Shown here piece after piece: positions 28,425-40,800 of a stretch of 64,000 nt of DNA. The stretch spans positions 334,552,001 through 334,616,000 of the forward strand of contig OZ024741.1 of assembly GCA_964016885.1 (NCBI GenBank), written 5' to 3'. This DNA comes from Eledone cirrhosa (Eukaryota). The translations under genes were made by a program, and so were the position numbers. Position 1 is the first letter of the stretch, and each line of letters opens with the position of its first letter. The notes beneath the pieces were generated by a model that was given only the letters and a program-made list of their open reading frames with translations, was not told where the DNA came from and made no database searches.

Positions 28425-28490
28425 TATTTCATTATACATATTTCGGGGATACCATATTAAAAATATGGCATGCCTTCTTCAGATAAAATA
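28425..28490 (-). ncRNA. Type I hammerhead motif (family B variant) in a solo pLTR fragment (28381-28620)
   Basis: tattttat CTGAAGA aggcatgccatatt..aatatggtatcccc GAAA tatgta TA atgaaata. Flanks are homologous to 4157-4300. Confidence 0.7.
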
Positions 28491-28763
28491 CAATATATAA
28501 ACAGTTTTATAAATAATTTTGACGTACCATAAATATTGATCAACTTTTATGTTACAAGTTGGTTTGGTAGTGAAATGTTTATAAATATTTAGTGTTAAGC
28601 ACAGTTAAAAAGAAAGACACCCATATATATTTAGGTTAATAGGAGTTAGGTATTGTATACCCGTGTCCCATTAAGGTATTGGCAGCATAATAATTAGCTC
28701 TATGCTTTGGAGCAGAGCCGTATATATGATAAAGAACACAAGAGCGTCTACAACATCAACAGA

Positions 28764-28824
28764 TTTTTATTGGCTTACAATGTTTCTTCCTTACGTAACC
28801 GTAGGATTCGTCAGAGCTATAAAA
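28764..28824 (-). ncRNA. Type I hammerhead motif (family E), inverted copy
   Basis: Minus strand reads ttttatagct CTGACGA a tcctacg gtta cgtaagga a GAAA cattg TA agccaataaaa. Confidence 0.78.
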
Positions 28825-30214
28825 GGTGTTTGATTGATGTTATGGACTCTACCAACCAAACATTCAAGAACAGAGGGTAAAGAGCAAAAGCAGAGGACGA
28901 TAAGTCTAATTTTGGTGCAGGAGGGTGGGGTGTGGGTCCTTGTTTACTAGCTGTGGTCCTATTCATTCCCGGGAGTCGAGTGGTTAGTTGAGCCATAGAT
29001 GGGGTGGCGTCGATAGTAGGGTGCAGAGGGTGTGCAGAGGCTACACACACACAAAGGGCATACAATATATATATAACGGAGGAGAAAGTACATGAGGTCA
29101 TTAGAAATGGAAAAAGAGTAATAAAAATAATCTATAATTAATAATGTATAATAAGGCATGGGGAATATTACACTATAATAAGGTATAAAAGTAAGAATAA
29201 GGTAAAATATAAAGGAGGATAAAAGTGAAAATAAGAATAAAGATAAAAAAATATATATATATAAATAAAAAAAATATATAGAGAATATATAAAGAAATAT
29301 AAGCAAGTATTAGAAAGGGAAAAACACAATGTAAAAAAAACGATTTTTTCAAATAAAAAAATTATAAATATGGGGGGGGGGGGAGAAAACGGGATAGAGA
29401 AATATAATCAAATGTGATTAGTTGAGAGAATATAAGATGATAATAGTTATGTCAAGTTGATACATGTTAATAATAAATAATCTGTGTATCAGAGTTACAC
29501 ATCCTTCAATTCACTTGCAGGTTCAACCCACGTGGCATAGTCCATTGTTCATCTGTGCGGTCATGTGCGTTTGTTTTTGACACCACAGCAGATGCACAAG
29601 TTCGTATACACACAGACACATAATTATATGTATTTCAACTAAAGAAATTCAATTGATTCGCTTATTGATATTATATCTCTGTTGCTCCGATGTGCATGTT
29701 GTGGTGTTCTGGTCGTGTTTAGCATTCACTGTGTTTTGCCATTACCTTGGAATGTGATGTTATGGTCATCAATAGTCCGGCAAGCGCATTCCTCTCTTAT
29801 ATTGTGGAGAATGGTGTTCTGGTCCTCAGTAAACATTTGGGTCAGCAGGAGGGGTGGTTGTTCTCAGTTTCAACTGCGACAATACACATGTGTTACTCTA
29901 CATATCGTGCTCCTCTCAAAGAAGAGTATTATAGGAGGAATTCATGCCAAACACCACATATAGAGAAGACTTCTACAGAAAAAATATACATACATACACA
30001 CATATATACATATCATACACGCACATATACACATATACACATACACACAATATAATACACTTGTATACAATATACATATATATATATATATATACAATAT
30101 ACATGTATACAATACACGTACACATGCATGCATGCATGCACACACGTACGCACACATATATACATATGTTTGTGTGTATGTGTGTGTGAGAGAGAAGAAC
30201 ACCAATCAAACCCC

Positions 30215-30274
30215 TTTTATAGCTCTGACGAATCCTACGGTTACGTAAGGAAGAAACATTGTAACCCAATAAAA
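30215..30274 (+). ncRNA. Type I hammerhead motif (family E), 5' pLTR; one stem I mismatch
   Basis: gct CTGACGA atcctacggttacgtaaggaa GAAA cattg TA acc. Confidence 0.7.
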
Positions 30275-33200
30275 ATCTGTTGATGTTGTAGACGCTCTTG
30301 TGTTCTTTATCATATATACTCCAAAGCATAGAGCTAATTATTATGCTGCCAATACCTTAATGGGACACGGGTATACAATACCTAATTCCTATTAACCTAA
30401 GTATTTCTACGGCTCCCCCCGGTTGAGCTAAATCCTTATAAGCTGTCCACCTTGTGTATGATTATAATTGATTGGCAACATGCTAATTAAAAACTACCTA
30501 CTTATATCACTCAAGAACATCCCAACCCCATCCAGGACTACTTATGAGAAATTACTGATAGCTAGTGTCAACTCCTTCGTTAAGCGTATTAGATGGCGCA
30601 CTTTCCACTTCGATAAGAGAAATAAGAAATCAACCACGGTATCCCCCAATAATAAATTCGGTTTTAAAACCTATAGGAGCCCGCCCCATAACTCCATGCT
30701 AGATGGATTTGAGAATGACCTCCTATCACTAGTAAGGAATATTAAGTTTAAAAAACCCCATGGGACTAGCAACAAATTCCGGATGAAACTAGAAACCTTA
30801 GTTAAGGGCTTTAACGATAAAAGAGATATCCTGGTCACCTCGGATAAAACCAGAAATATTTATAGCTTAAATTATGATACGTATCGCAGGTTTATATACA
30901 ATGAATTAAATAGAAACTATAAAAAGACAAAAGCGCAAACCTAGATGAAATTAATAAGGAAGCATGCGCCATAGTGGATAAACTAGGCCTGGAAAAGTAT
31001 ACCCAACCATATACCCCTAGGCAACCCAGGTTCACCCTTAAAGACCATAAGGCTGACTTCATTAGTAAACCCTCTGTTAGATTAATTAGCCCATCGAAGT
31101 CAGATATAGGGATTATCAGCAAGAAAATTTTAGACGGCGTTATACCTACCATCAGGAGGAAAATAAATCTAGAGCTATGGGAAGAGGTTTTGAAATGGTT
31201 CTCAAGCCTTAGCAACCATAAATCCCTTAAATTTATACAATTCTACATCGATGCGTACTACACCTCAATCTCCCCCATACTCCTTAATAAGGCCCTAATC
31301 ATGGCCATGCAGAAAAGTGACCTCACTAGGTCTCAAATTGATGTCATTCTTGTGGCCCGGAAAACGATAATCACATTTGAGGACAAATTGTGGACCCGCA
31401 AGAATACGCCCAATAACTTCGACATCACAATGGGACTCTGCACAAGTAACGGACCTAGTAGGATTGTACCTCTTAAAGGAGTTACATGAGACATTACCGC
31501 ACTTGAAAGGCGGCTTATATCGGGATGACGCTCTCCTCACTCTCGAGTATAAAAAGTGCAATATAGAAAGAACTAGGAAACAGTTATGTAGGTTCTTTAA
31601 AAGCTTTAATCTAAGTATTACCATAGATGCAAATGACAAAACAGTAAACTTCCTAGACGCCACCCTTGACCTAGAAACTAAAACATTTGCACCCTACCAT
31701 AAACCTAATGATAGACTAACATATGTAAACGCCAGCTCCAACCACCCCAAATCGGTCCTAAACGCTATTCCCAAGGGGGTCTCTAATAGAATTAGCAGAC
31801 TGTCCTGTAATGAGAGTATCTTCAACTCCAATGCAGAGTATTATGACAAGGCCCTAGCAGAATCTGGTTACGGGAATAGATTATCATATATACATAAGGA
31901 CTCCCAAACCATGAGTGTGAAACCTACCAACATAATCACACATAGTATGGCCACAAAGCCTAACCAACTTAGAGGCAAGAATAATAGTAAGAACCCTAAT
32001 GGCGCTAACCCAGCTAAATGTAAACCACGTAGAGACAATACTAGAGTCCCTCACCACAACTCTAAAACAGCAAATGATCATGCCATGAATATAAACCATC
32101 CGGGCTTAAGCAAAACAGACAACGCCACTAACGTTAATAATGGAACCCTACAAAATAGTACGCACAGTAACGAGACTCACCCCATAGACAAGAAAAATAG
32201 AAGAAGGAAAAACATGTATTTTAACCCACCTTTTAACTCTGAGGTCCGCACTAACCTCCCCAGAGTATTCTTCTCATTAGAAAAAAACTTCCCACCAGAC
32301 AATAGATATCTCAACATAATTAACAAAAACGTGATTAAATTATCCTATTCGACCACACCTAACCTCGCATCACACCTAGCACGCACGAACATTAGGAAAA
32401 CTAGAGAAGGTTTCGAAGCAATTAAAATGGCAGTTAACCACCAGCAACCGACTACACTGGAAAATGGGCAACATAATAGCATCACTGAGCCATCTAATGA
32501 TGTAGAGGCACCTAGTGATAATGCTAGAAACCAAAGTTCGGGAGGTACGCTAACTGATCGAACCCGCAGTTGCAATTGTAGGCGGAGTAGTAATTGTCCC
32601 CTAAGGGGGTAGCCTCATAAAAAAACATCGTATATGCATGTGACGTAACCACACACAACTCTACCAAAACATATATAGGATCAACGTCCAATACATTTAA
32701 AACTAGATTTAACGCGCATATGACCACATTTAGACACGATAGACATAAGAATGCCACCTCACTGGCGGGATACATCTCCTTTTTAAAAAATAATAGTACC
32801 CCATACAAACTTTTTTGGAGGAAGCTTACTAGATCCACGCCATACCGACCGCAGAGCGGGAGTTGTGACCTGTGTTTACTGGAATGCCATGCCATAATAC
32901 ACTCTAAACTGAACCTGCTTAACAGGAAATCGGAATTTTCTCCTTTTGCCAACACAAAATCCTGAGTTCCTTCTTCTATTTTAAACCTAGCATATAGACG
33001 TAACAAATATTACGCAACCCCCACCTAGACATACCCTCCTTGACTATAGCTTCCCCCCCCAACCCATAACCCAGATAGATAGCTAGCCTAGGGGTGAAAC
33101 AGTCCCCTACAAGGTTGGTATTTGTGTGTGTGTATGTGTATGTGTATGTGTGTGTGTGTGTGGGTGGGTATATTCTCCTTTTTTCTCTCACACACACATA

Positions 33201-35106
33201 CACACAAACATATGTATATATGTGTGCGTACGTGTGTGCATGCATGCATGCATGTTTACGTGTATTGTATACATGTATATTGTATATATATATATATATA
33301 TATGTATATTGTATACAAGTGTATTATATTGTGTGTATGTGTATATGTGATATGTATGTGTATATATATATGTATGTGTATATGTGTATATGTGCGTGTA
33401 TGATATGTATATATGTGTGTATGTATGTATATTTTTTCTGTAGAAGTCTTCTCTATATGTGGTGTTTGGCATGAATTCCTCCTATAATACTCTTCTTTGA
33501 GAGGAGCACGATATGTAGAGTAACACATGTGTATTGTCGCAGTTGAAACTGAGAACAACCACCCCTCCTGCTGACCCAAATGTTTACTGAGGACCAGAAC
33601 ACCATTCTCGACAATATAAGAGAGGAATGCGCTTGCCGGACTATTGATGACCATAACGTCACATTCCAAGGTAATGGCAAAACACAGTGAATGCTAAACA
33701 CGACCAGAACACCACAACATGCACATCGGAGCAACAGAGATATAATATCAATAAGCGAATCAATTGAATTTTTTTAGTTGAAATACATATAAATATGTGT
33801 CTGTGTGTATCGGACACACGTACACAAAGAAACTGCTGACCTAAATGTACCTGTCATGCCTGTCTGAATTCCTAAGAGAATTTTCGGTCAGTTACTATCT
33901 TGACCGCTTACCCTCACAATTACTACGTAGCGGTTCTTGCACGTGACTGCTGGACCCGGATGAAACGAAGACGAAGAATTTCCTTGCGTACCGTTTTGTA
34001 CCACAGATGCGATCTTACTCTGCCTCGCTAATGTTCAATCGACACCAAAGTTTTACGTTCGGGGCAATAGAATTGAATCCAACCACCGACAACATAGTTG
34101 GATGACCAATAATCACACCAAACCGGAGTACTGTGATCCTTGTGATTTCGAGATATACAACCACTGACACTGTTACGAAGACCAGAAAACCATACTCCAT
34201 AATATTGAACCAAGTGATTGATTTGTGCGACCAAAATAACACCACACACATATTGAACTAGGAATATTGGATCCTCCGTCAATGTCTGGGTGAGCAAAAA
34301 TAGATTTCTATCTGCATTGGAATTTACGAACTTGTGCATCTGCTGTGGTGTAAAAAACAAACGCACATGACCGCACAGATGAACAATGGACTACGCCACG
34401 TGGGTTGAACCTGCAAGTGAATTGAAGGATGTGTAACTCTGATATACAGATTATTTATTATTAAGATGTATCAACTTGACATAACTATTATCATCTTATA
34501 TTCTCTCAACTAATCACATTTGATTATATTTCTCTATGCCGTTTTCTTCCCCCATGTTTATAATTTTTTATTTGAAAAAAATCGGTTTTTTTACATTGTG
34601 TTTTTGCCTTTCTAATACTTGCTTATATTTCTTTATATATTCTCTATATATTTTTTTTATTTATATATATATATTTTTTTATCTTTATTCTTATTTTCAC
34701 TTTTATCCTTTATATTTTACCTTATTCTTACTTTTATACCTTATTATAGTGTAATCTTCCCCATCCCTTATTATACATTATTAATTATAGATTATTTTTA
34801 TTACTCTTTTTCCATTTCTAATTACCTCATGTACTTTCTCCTCCGTTATATATATATTGTATGCCCTTTGTGTGTGTGTAGCCTCTGCACACCCTCTGCA
34901 CCCTACTATCGACGCCACCCCATCTATGGCTCAACTAACCACTCGACTCCCGGGAATGAATAGGACCACAGCTAGTAAACAAGGACCCACACCCCACCCT
35001 CCTGCACCAAAATTAGACTTATCGTCCCCTGCTTTTGCTCTTTACTCTCTTTACTCTTTGTTCTTGAATGTTTGGTTGGTAGAGTCCATAACTCCAATCA
35101 AACCCC

Positions 35107-35166
35107 TTTTATAGCTCTGACGAATCCTACGGTTACGTAAGGAAGAAACATTGTAAGCCAATAAAA
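35107..35166 (+). ncRNA. Type I hammerhead motif (family E), 3' pLTR
   Basis: gct CTGACGA atcctacggttacgtaaggaa GAAA cattg TA agc. Confidence 0.78.
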
Positions 35167-35203
35167 ATCTTTTGATGTTGTAGACGCTCTTGTGTTCTTT
35201 ATC

Positions 35204-35904
35204 ATATATATATATATATACATACACATATATATATATATATTATATATATATACACACATATATATATATTATATATATATACACACACATATATATA
35301 TTATATATATATACACACACATATATATTATATATATATACACACACATATATATATTATATATATATACACACACATATATATATTATATATATATACA
35401 CACACATATATATATATTATATATATATACACACACATATATATATATTATATATATATACACACACATATATATATTATATATATATACACACACATAT
35501 ATATATATTATATATATATACACACACATATATATATATTATATATATATACACACACATATATATATATATTATATATATATACACACACATATATATA
35601 TATTATATATATATACACACACATATATATATATTATATATATATACACACACATATATATATATTATATATATATACACACACATATATATATATTATA
35701 TATATATACACACACATATATATATATTATATATATATACACACACATATATATATATATACACTTATATATATATATACACACACTTATATATATATTA
35801 TATATATATACACACACATATATATATTATATATATATACACACACATATATATATATATACACACACATATATATATATATACACACACTTATATATAT
35901 ATAT

Positions 35905-35937
<33 letters not shown>

Positions 35938-35940
35938 AAT

Positions 35941-35983
<43 letters not shown>

Positions 35984-36381
35984 ACACATATATATATTAT
36001 ATATATATATATACACATATATATATATATATATTATATATATATACACATATACACACACACATATATTATATATATATACACATATACACACACACAT
36101 ATATTATATATATATATACACATATACACACATATATATATATATATTATATATATATACACATATACACACACATATATATATATTATATATATATATA
36201 CACATATACACACACATATATATATATATATATTATATATATATACACATACACACACATATATATATATATATATTATATATATATACACATACACACA
36301 CATATATATATATTATATATATATACACATACACACACATATATATATTATATATATATACACATATACACACACATATAT

Positions 36382-36453
<72 letters not shown>

Positions 36454-36528
36454 TATATATTCATACACACACATATATATATTATATATACACACATTAT
36501 ATATACACACACACATATATATATATAT

Positions 36529-36576
<48 letters not shown>

Positions 36577-36727
36577 CACACACATTATATATACACACAC
36601 ACATATATAGACACACACATATTATATATACACACACACACATTATATACACACACACACATTATATACACACACACACACATTATATATATATTATATA
36701 TATTTATATATATATATATATATATAT
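35204..36727. repeat. (TA)n/(CA)n array with about 26-30 bp higher-order unit
   Basis: Seen directly. Confidence 0.96.
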
Positions 36728-37430
36728 AACCAATTATATTATATACAATAAATATTTTCAATAGACACAGTTAAACTTTCTTATTCAACAACTATGAATA
36801 TTGCTCAAAATATAGCAAAAGTTAATAGTAAAAATCTTAATTTGAACCAACATATAATTAACAATAATAACAATACATTAGTTAACGGGAATAACAATAC
36901 TAGTTTAAATACTAATAATAGTAGAACACCTGCAAATAATAATGTGAATAGTTTAAGGTCTGGAAATAACATTGAGAAGAAATGTAATTGTAGAAAGAAG
37001 TCCGAATGTCCTTTACAAAATAATTGCCTTGACAAAAATCTAGTATATAAATGTACCATTAAGACAAATAATATATATAGCTATATTGGTGTCACTTCAT
37101 CTAAATTTAAGGAACATTGGTATAATCATAGACAGTCTTTTATTAAACCAGATAAGAAATTTTCAACTTCACTTCACTAATATGGTCTTTAAATGACAAT
37201 AATATTAAGTACTCCATCTCTTGGACCGAATTAAAGAAAGCCAAATCCTATCAGAACGCAACTATTTCGCAAATTTGCAATCTTTGTAACTTCGAGACTC
37301 TACAGATAATTACAAATTCTGACAATTTAATCAACAAAAAAAAACAACGAATTATTGAGTAGTTGTCACCATAAAATTGGTAAAACTTTCCAGGCATTGT
37401 ACAAGTTTCGAAAAAATATTGACAATAATT
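36728..37430 (+). mobile_element. Penelope-like element 3' fragment (linker + GIY-YIG)
   Basis: VKLSYSTTMN, CNCRKKSECPLQNNCL, LVYKC..YIGVT and a degenerate CNLC. Confidence 0.85.
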
Positions 37431-38959
37431 TAATATATATATGTTTTTGCCTTATTGTGGTAATAATTTATTGATATTCATATCTATTAGAATTATTTCA
37501 TTAAGAGTCTCGTTGTCCTATGTTTTGATTAGAACAGTTCAATATTTAACTAGACATCTTTTATGATATTTGCAATAGATGATTTATGGTTTTCGAAATA
37601 TCGCGGAATATGTTATAAATGTTTGTATATGGTGAATGAGTTATCTTCCTTTTGTTTACATTGTCCGTAAAATATCCTTCCTTTTGACTAGCTTGCTGAA
37701 TTACATTAGTTTTGAAATAGGTAGACTAATAATATACAGACTATCATTAAAATGAAACTATATATCACAATAAGTAAATACAGAAGTAAATATAACCTTT
37801 CATTAAATTAATGAAATTAAACTTTCGTGAGTAAATGTAACTGCAGTTTAATCCTAGAATTTAAATGAAAATTAAAGAATAGTGAAGATTTTATAAAGAG
37901 AACACAATAATTAAATAATTTGAGTAATATGTGATCTAAATATATTATATGTATTGATAGTGATTTATGTATGGTATTAGATTTTAATACATAGGTAATA
38001 ATTATTTAAATACGCTTTAAAGATTAATTCTTTTAAAGTTGTAACAAAATATTTATAGAATATCTTACCTTAAAATTAAAAATAATCTATAATGGGTTAA
38101 ATTAAATTATATAAATTTTTAATTAAACTATATATGTGATTGCTATAGAAAATAATCTAACTTATTAATTTTGATATAATATATAAGTATAATTAGCTAA
38201 TGCATAATCAAATACTAAAGATATTCAATCGTTTAGTTGAATTTATTGGATGTCCTATTTGATCTAGCATTGGAAAACAACGGTTTTTTTTCTCTATCTC
38301 CCTCTATTTGATGTTTCCTTCATTTTCTTTATCCTCCTCTGTTCCTTTACTTTCCTTACACCTTCTCTCTTTTGTCGTTATTCCTCTTTTCTTTTTATAT
38401 ATTTCTTTTACTCATTCATTCTTTTATTTTTTATTCATTTATCTATTTATGTATGTATTTATTTATTTATTTATCTTGCCTTTCCTCTTATTTAGATCCT
38501 GTCTCATATCTCTAATTTGCTCTCCGTCCTTTTATTCTTTAAGTTTATCATATTATTTGTGGTATATAAACATTGAGATTTGATGAAGAAATAAATCACT
38601 GCCAATACTGGAATTGTATAATCAGTATGTGTGTGTTAAGGTTTGTAACGTATGCACGTCCACAATTTACAACGGATTCTATTCAAAGTCGGGACAATTA
38701 TTGCTTTTGGTCAGGAAAAGGTCATGAAGGAAAAACATTCCAAATCCATCAACAATAAGAGCAAAGATCGATCATGATCATTCCCCCTCTCTATAATTTA
38801 ACTGCTTTACTCTCTCTGTCGCTCTTCACTCCCTACATGACAACACTGTAGTGGAGCGTTCCGTATTGACATACGGCTTATCTGTATTGACATACGGCTT
38901 ATTGCAAATAACAACCCGAAAATAACACTTCATATAACAGATTAATGCTATAGACATAT

Positions 38960-40548
38960 GAATCGGAATGTAACCCGTGAACTTTTTTCTGGGAAAAATT
39001 ATTCGAACAGACATGACCTCATTGCCAGTGTTCAGACTGAAACTGGCGAAACTCATGGCTTTAATCAAAAAGGGTCAGGTATTTGGGGCTGTAAAATGTG
39101 ACATGTTCACCGTCGAATGGCAAAAACGAAGGCTGCCACATGCTCACATTTTGATTTGGTTAGTTGATAAAATCAATTCAAATTCCATAGACAGCTTCAT
39201 TTCGGCTGAAATCCCTAACCCAGCAACTGACCATGAATTACATGACATCGTCAAAGCTAACATGGTCCGTGTGCGTTGGGTCCTAATGAGCATCACGTGT
39301 GTCTGAAAGGTGCGTCGTGCAATAAGGGATACCCAAAAAAATTTGCTGGCCAGACTTAGACTGGTGGCGACGGGTACCCCCTGTACAGGCGGAGATGGCC
39401 CGAGAACGGTGGCTTCACAACAGTAAGGGGGGGTCAAGTCGACAATAGATGGGTGGTCCCTTACTCCACGCTTCTCTTGAAGATGTTCAACGCCCACATC
39501 AACATTGAGTTTTGCAACTCCGTCAAGTCGATAAAATACATATGCAAATATGTAAATAAGGGCTCTGATGCCGCAATGTTCGCATTTCAAGCTGAAAATA
39601 GCAGGGACAAGGTCACAGAATACCTGGCGGAGCGGTACATCAGTAGCAATGAAGCTTTTTGGCGCCTATTTGGTTTACCCCTACACCAACGGCACCCCGC
39701 CATCGTACAGCTTGCGGTACATTTTGAAAATGGGCAAAGGGTTTACTTTACGGACCAAACCGCCGCCAAATTGGCTGCCGATCCGAAAGAGACCACTGAC
39801 GGGCTTCTTCAAACTTTGCCAGTTCGATACATTTGCGCAAACAATTGTGTATTCCCAGGTTCCATCCTACTTTATATGGTCGAAAAACACTTGGGTGCGA
39901 AGAAAGTCATGTCAGGATGTTGAAAAACATCCTGGTGTAAAATTTGACAGCTGTCTTAGAAAGGTTTACACTGTGCCCCCAAGTCAGCATGAGTGCTTTC
40001 ATCTCCGCCTTCTTCTGCATGAAGTTGTAGGCCCACAAAGTTTTCAGGACCTCAAACTGTTGGAGAAATATGTGATACGTACCGGGAAGCCTGCTTTAAG
40101 CGAGGTCTTTTGGAAGATGATTCGCAATGGGATTCCACTTTAGCAGAGGTTGCTTTGTTGAAATCACCTAAATGTCTACGGGAACTCTTTGCCATTTTGC
40201 TTCAAAAGTGTGAATTGGGTGATCCCAAATCTTTATGGGTCAAGGACAGAGACTTCATGTCTGAGGACTTCCTGCGCCTGGCTCATCTGCTATATACTTC
40301 AGTGGAAGTTGGTTATAGCGACATTATCTACAACAGGGCACTCCTCGACATGGGTGGGGGTGAGTTGGCGACGTATGGCTTGCCGTCAACCGTCAGAGAG
40401 GAAGCTAACACGTTGGGCCCGGATTTGTTGCGGGAAACAGCATATGACATCGAATCTCTTTCCCAATACTTAGAGGAAAATGAGCCCAAACTTCTGTCGG
40501 ACCAAAGGTTGGCCTATTTAACTATCATTGACGCGGTTCAAAATCAGA
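38960..40548 (+). mobile_element. Helitron RepHel pseudogene (HUH Rep domain and linker), interrupted by an LTR element
   Basis: VEWQKRRLPHAHILIW (HUH), KYICKYVNKGSD (Y2), HLRLLLHEVVGPQSFQDL and LLSDQRLAY; frameshifted. Confidence 0.92.
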
Positions 40549-40800
40549 TGTTGTTAGAAAAAGCTATCTCACTTACCGCTTTTCATAGGCGCCGCTAAAT
40601 TCCACTGCTGGTATCTCCTCTTCCACGTGCGTCCAGTTGCTTAACACCGGGAGTTGCTAAAACTCGCGTCCACACCGTTGCTGGTCACCACTAGAGAGGC
40701 CCATCTGCTGGCCCTTCCGGTCGAGCATCCTTCCGGCCAAGCACCCTTCCGGTCGAGCACTCCCCCGCTTCCGGCCACCGCACGCCACACCATACCCACA
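40549..40800 (-). repeat. 3' LTR
   Basis: Preceded on the minus strand by a polypurine tract. Confidence 0.95.

Larger units (their letters stand above)
28631..35207 (+). mobile_element. Near full-length Penelope-like element with 5' and 3' pLTRs, long 3' extension and large inverted 5' duplication
   Basis: ORFs 30468..30944, 30974..31489, 31377..32612 and 32720..32965 contain SLKNIP, LYRDDAL, YFNPPF, VYAC..YIGST and CDLCLLE. Direct pLTRs are at 30203-30400 and 35094-35207. 28700-30196 is the reverse complement of 33181-35207 apart from 33811-34326. Confidence 0.92.

Noticed and set aside
33811-34326. Intron removed in the inverted copy
   Set aside because: No GT..AG boundaries on either strand, even allowing junction shifts.
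10717-36764. Many long [12 protein letters not shown] ORFs
   Set aside because: They are translations of TA/CA microsatellites that lack stop codons.
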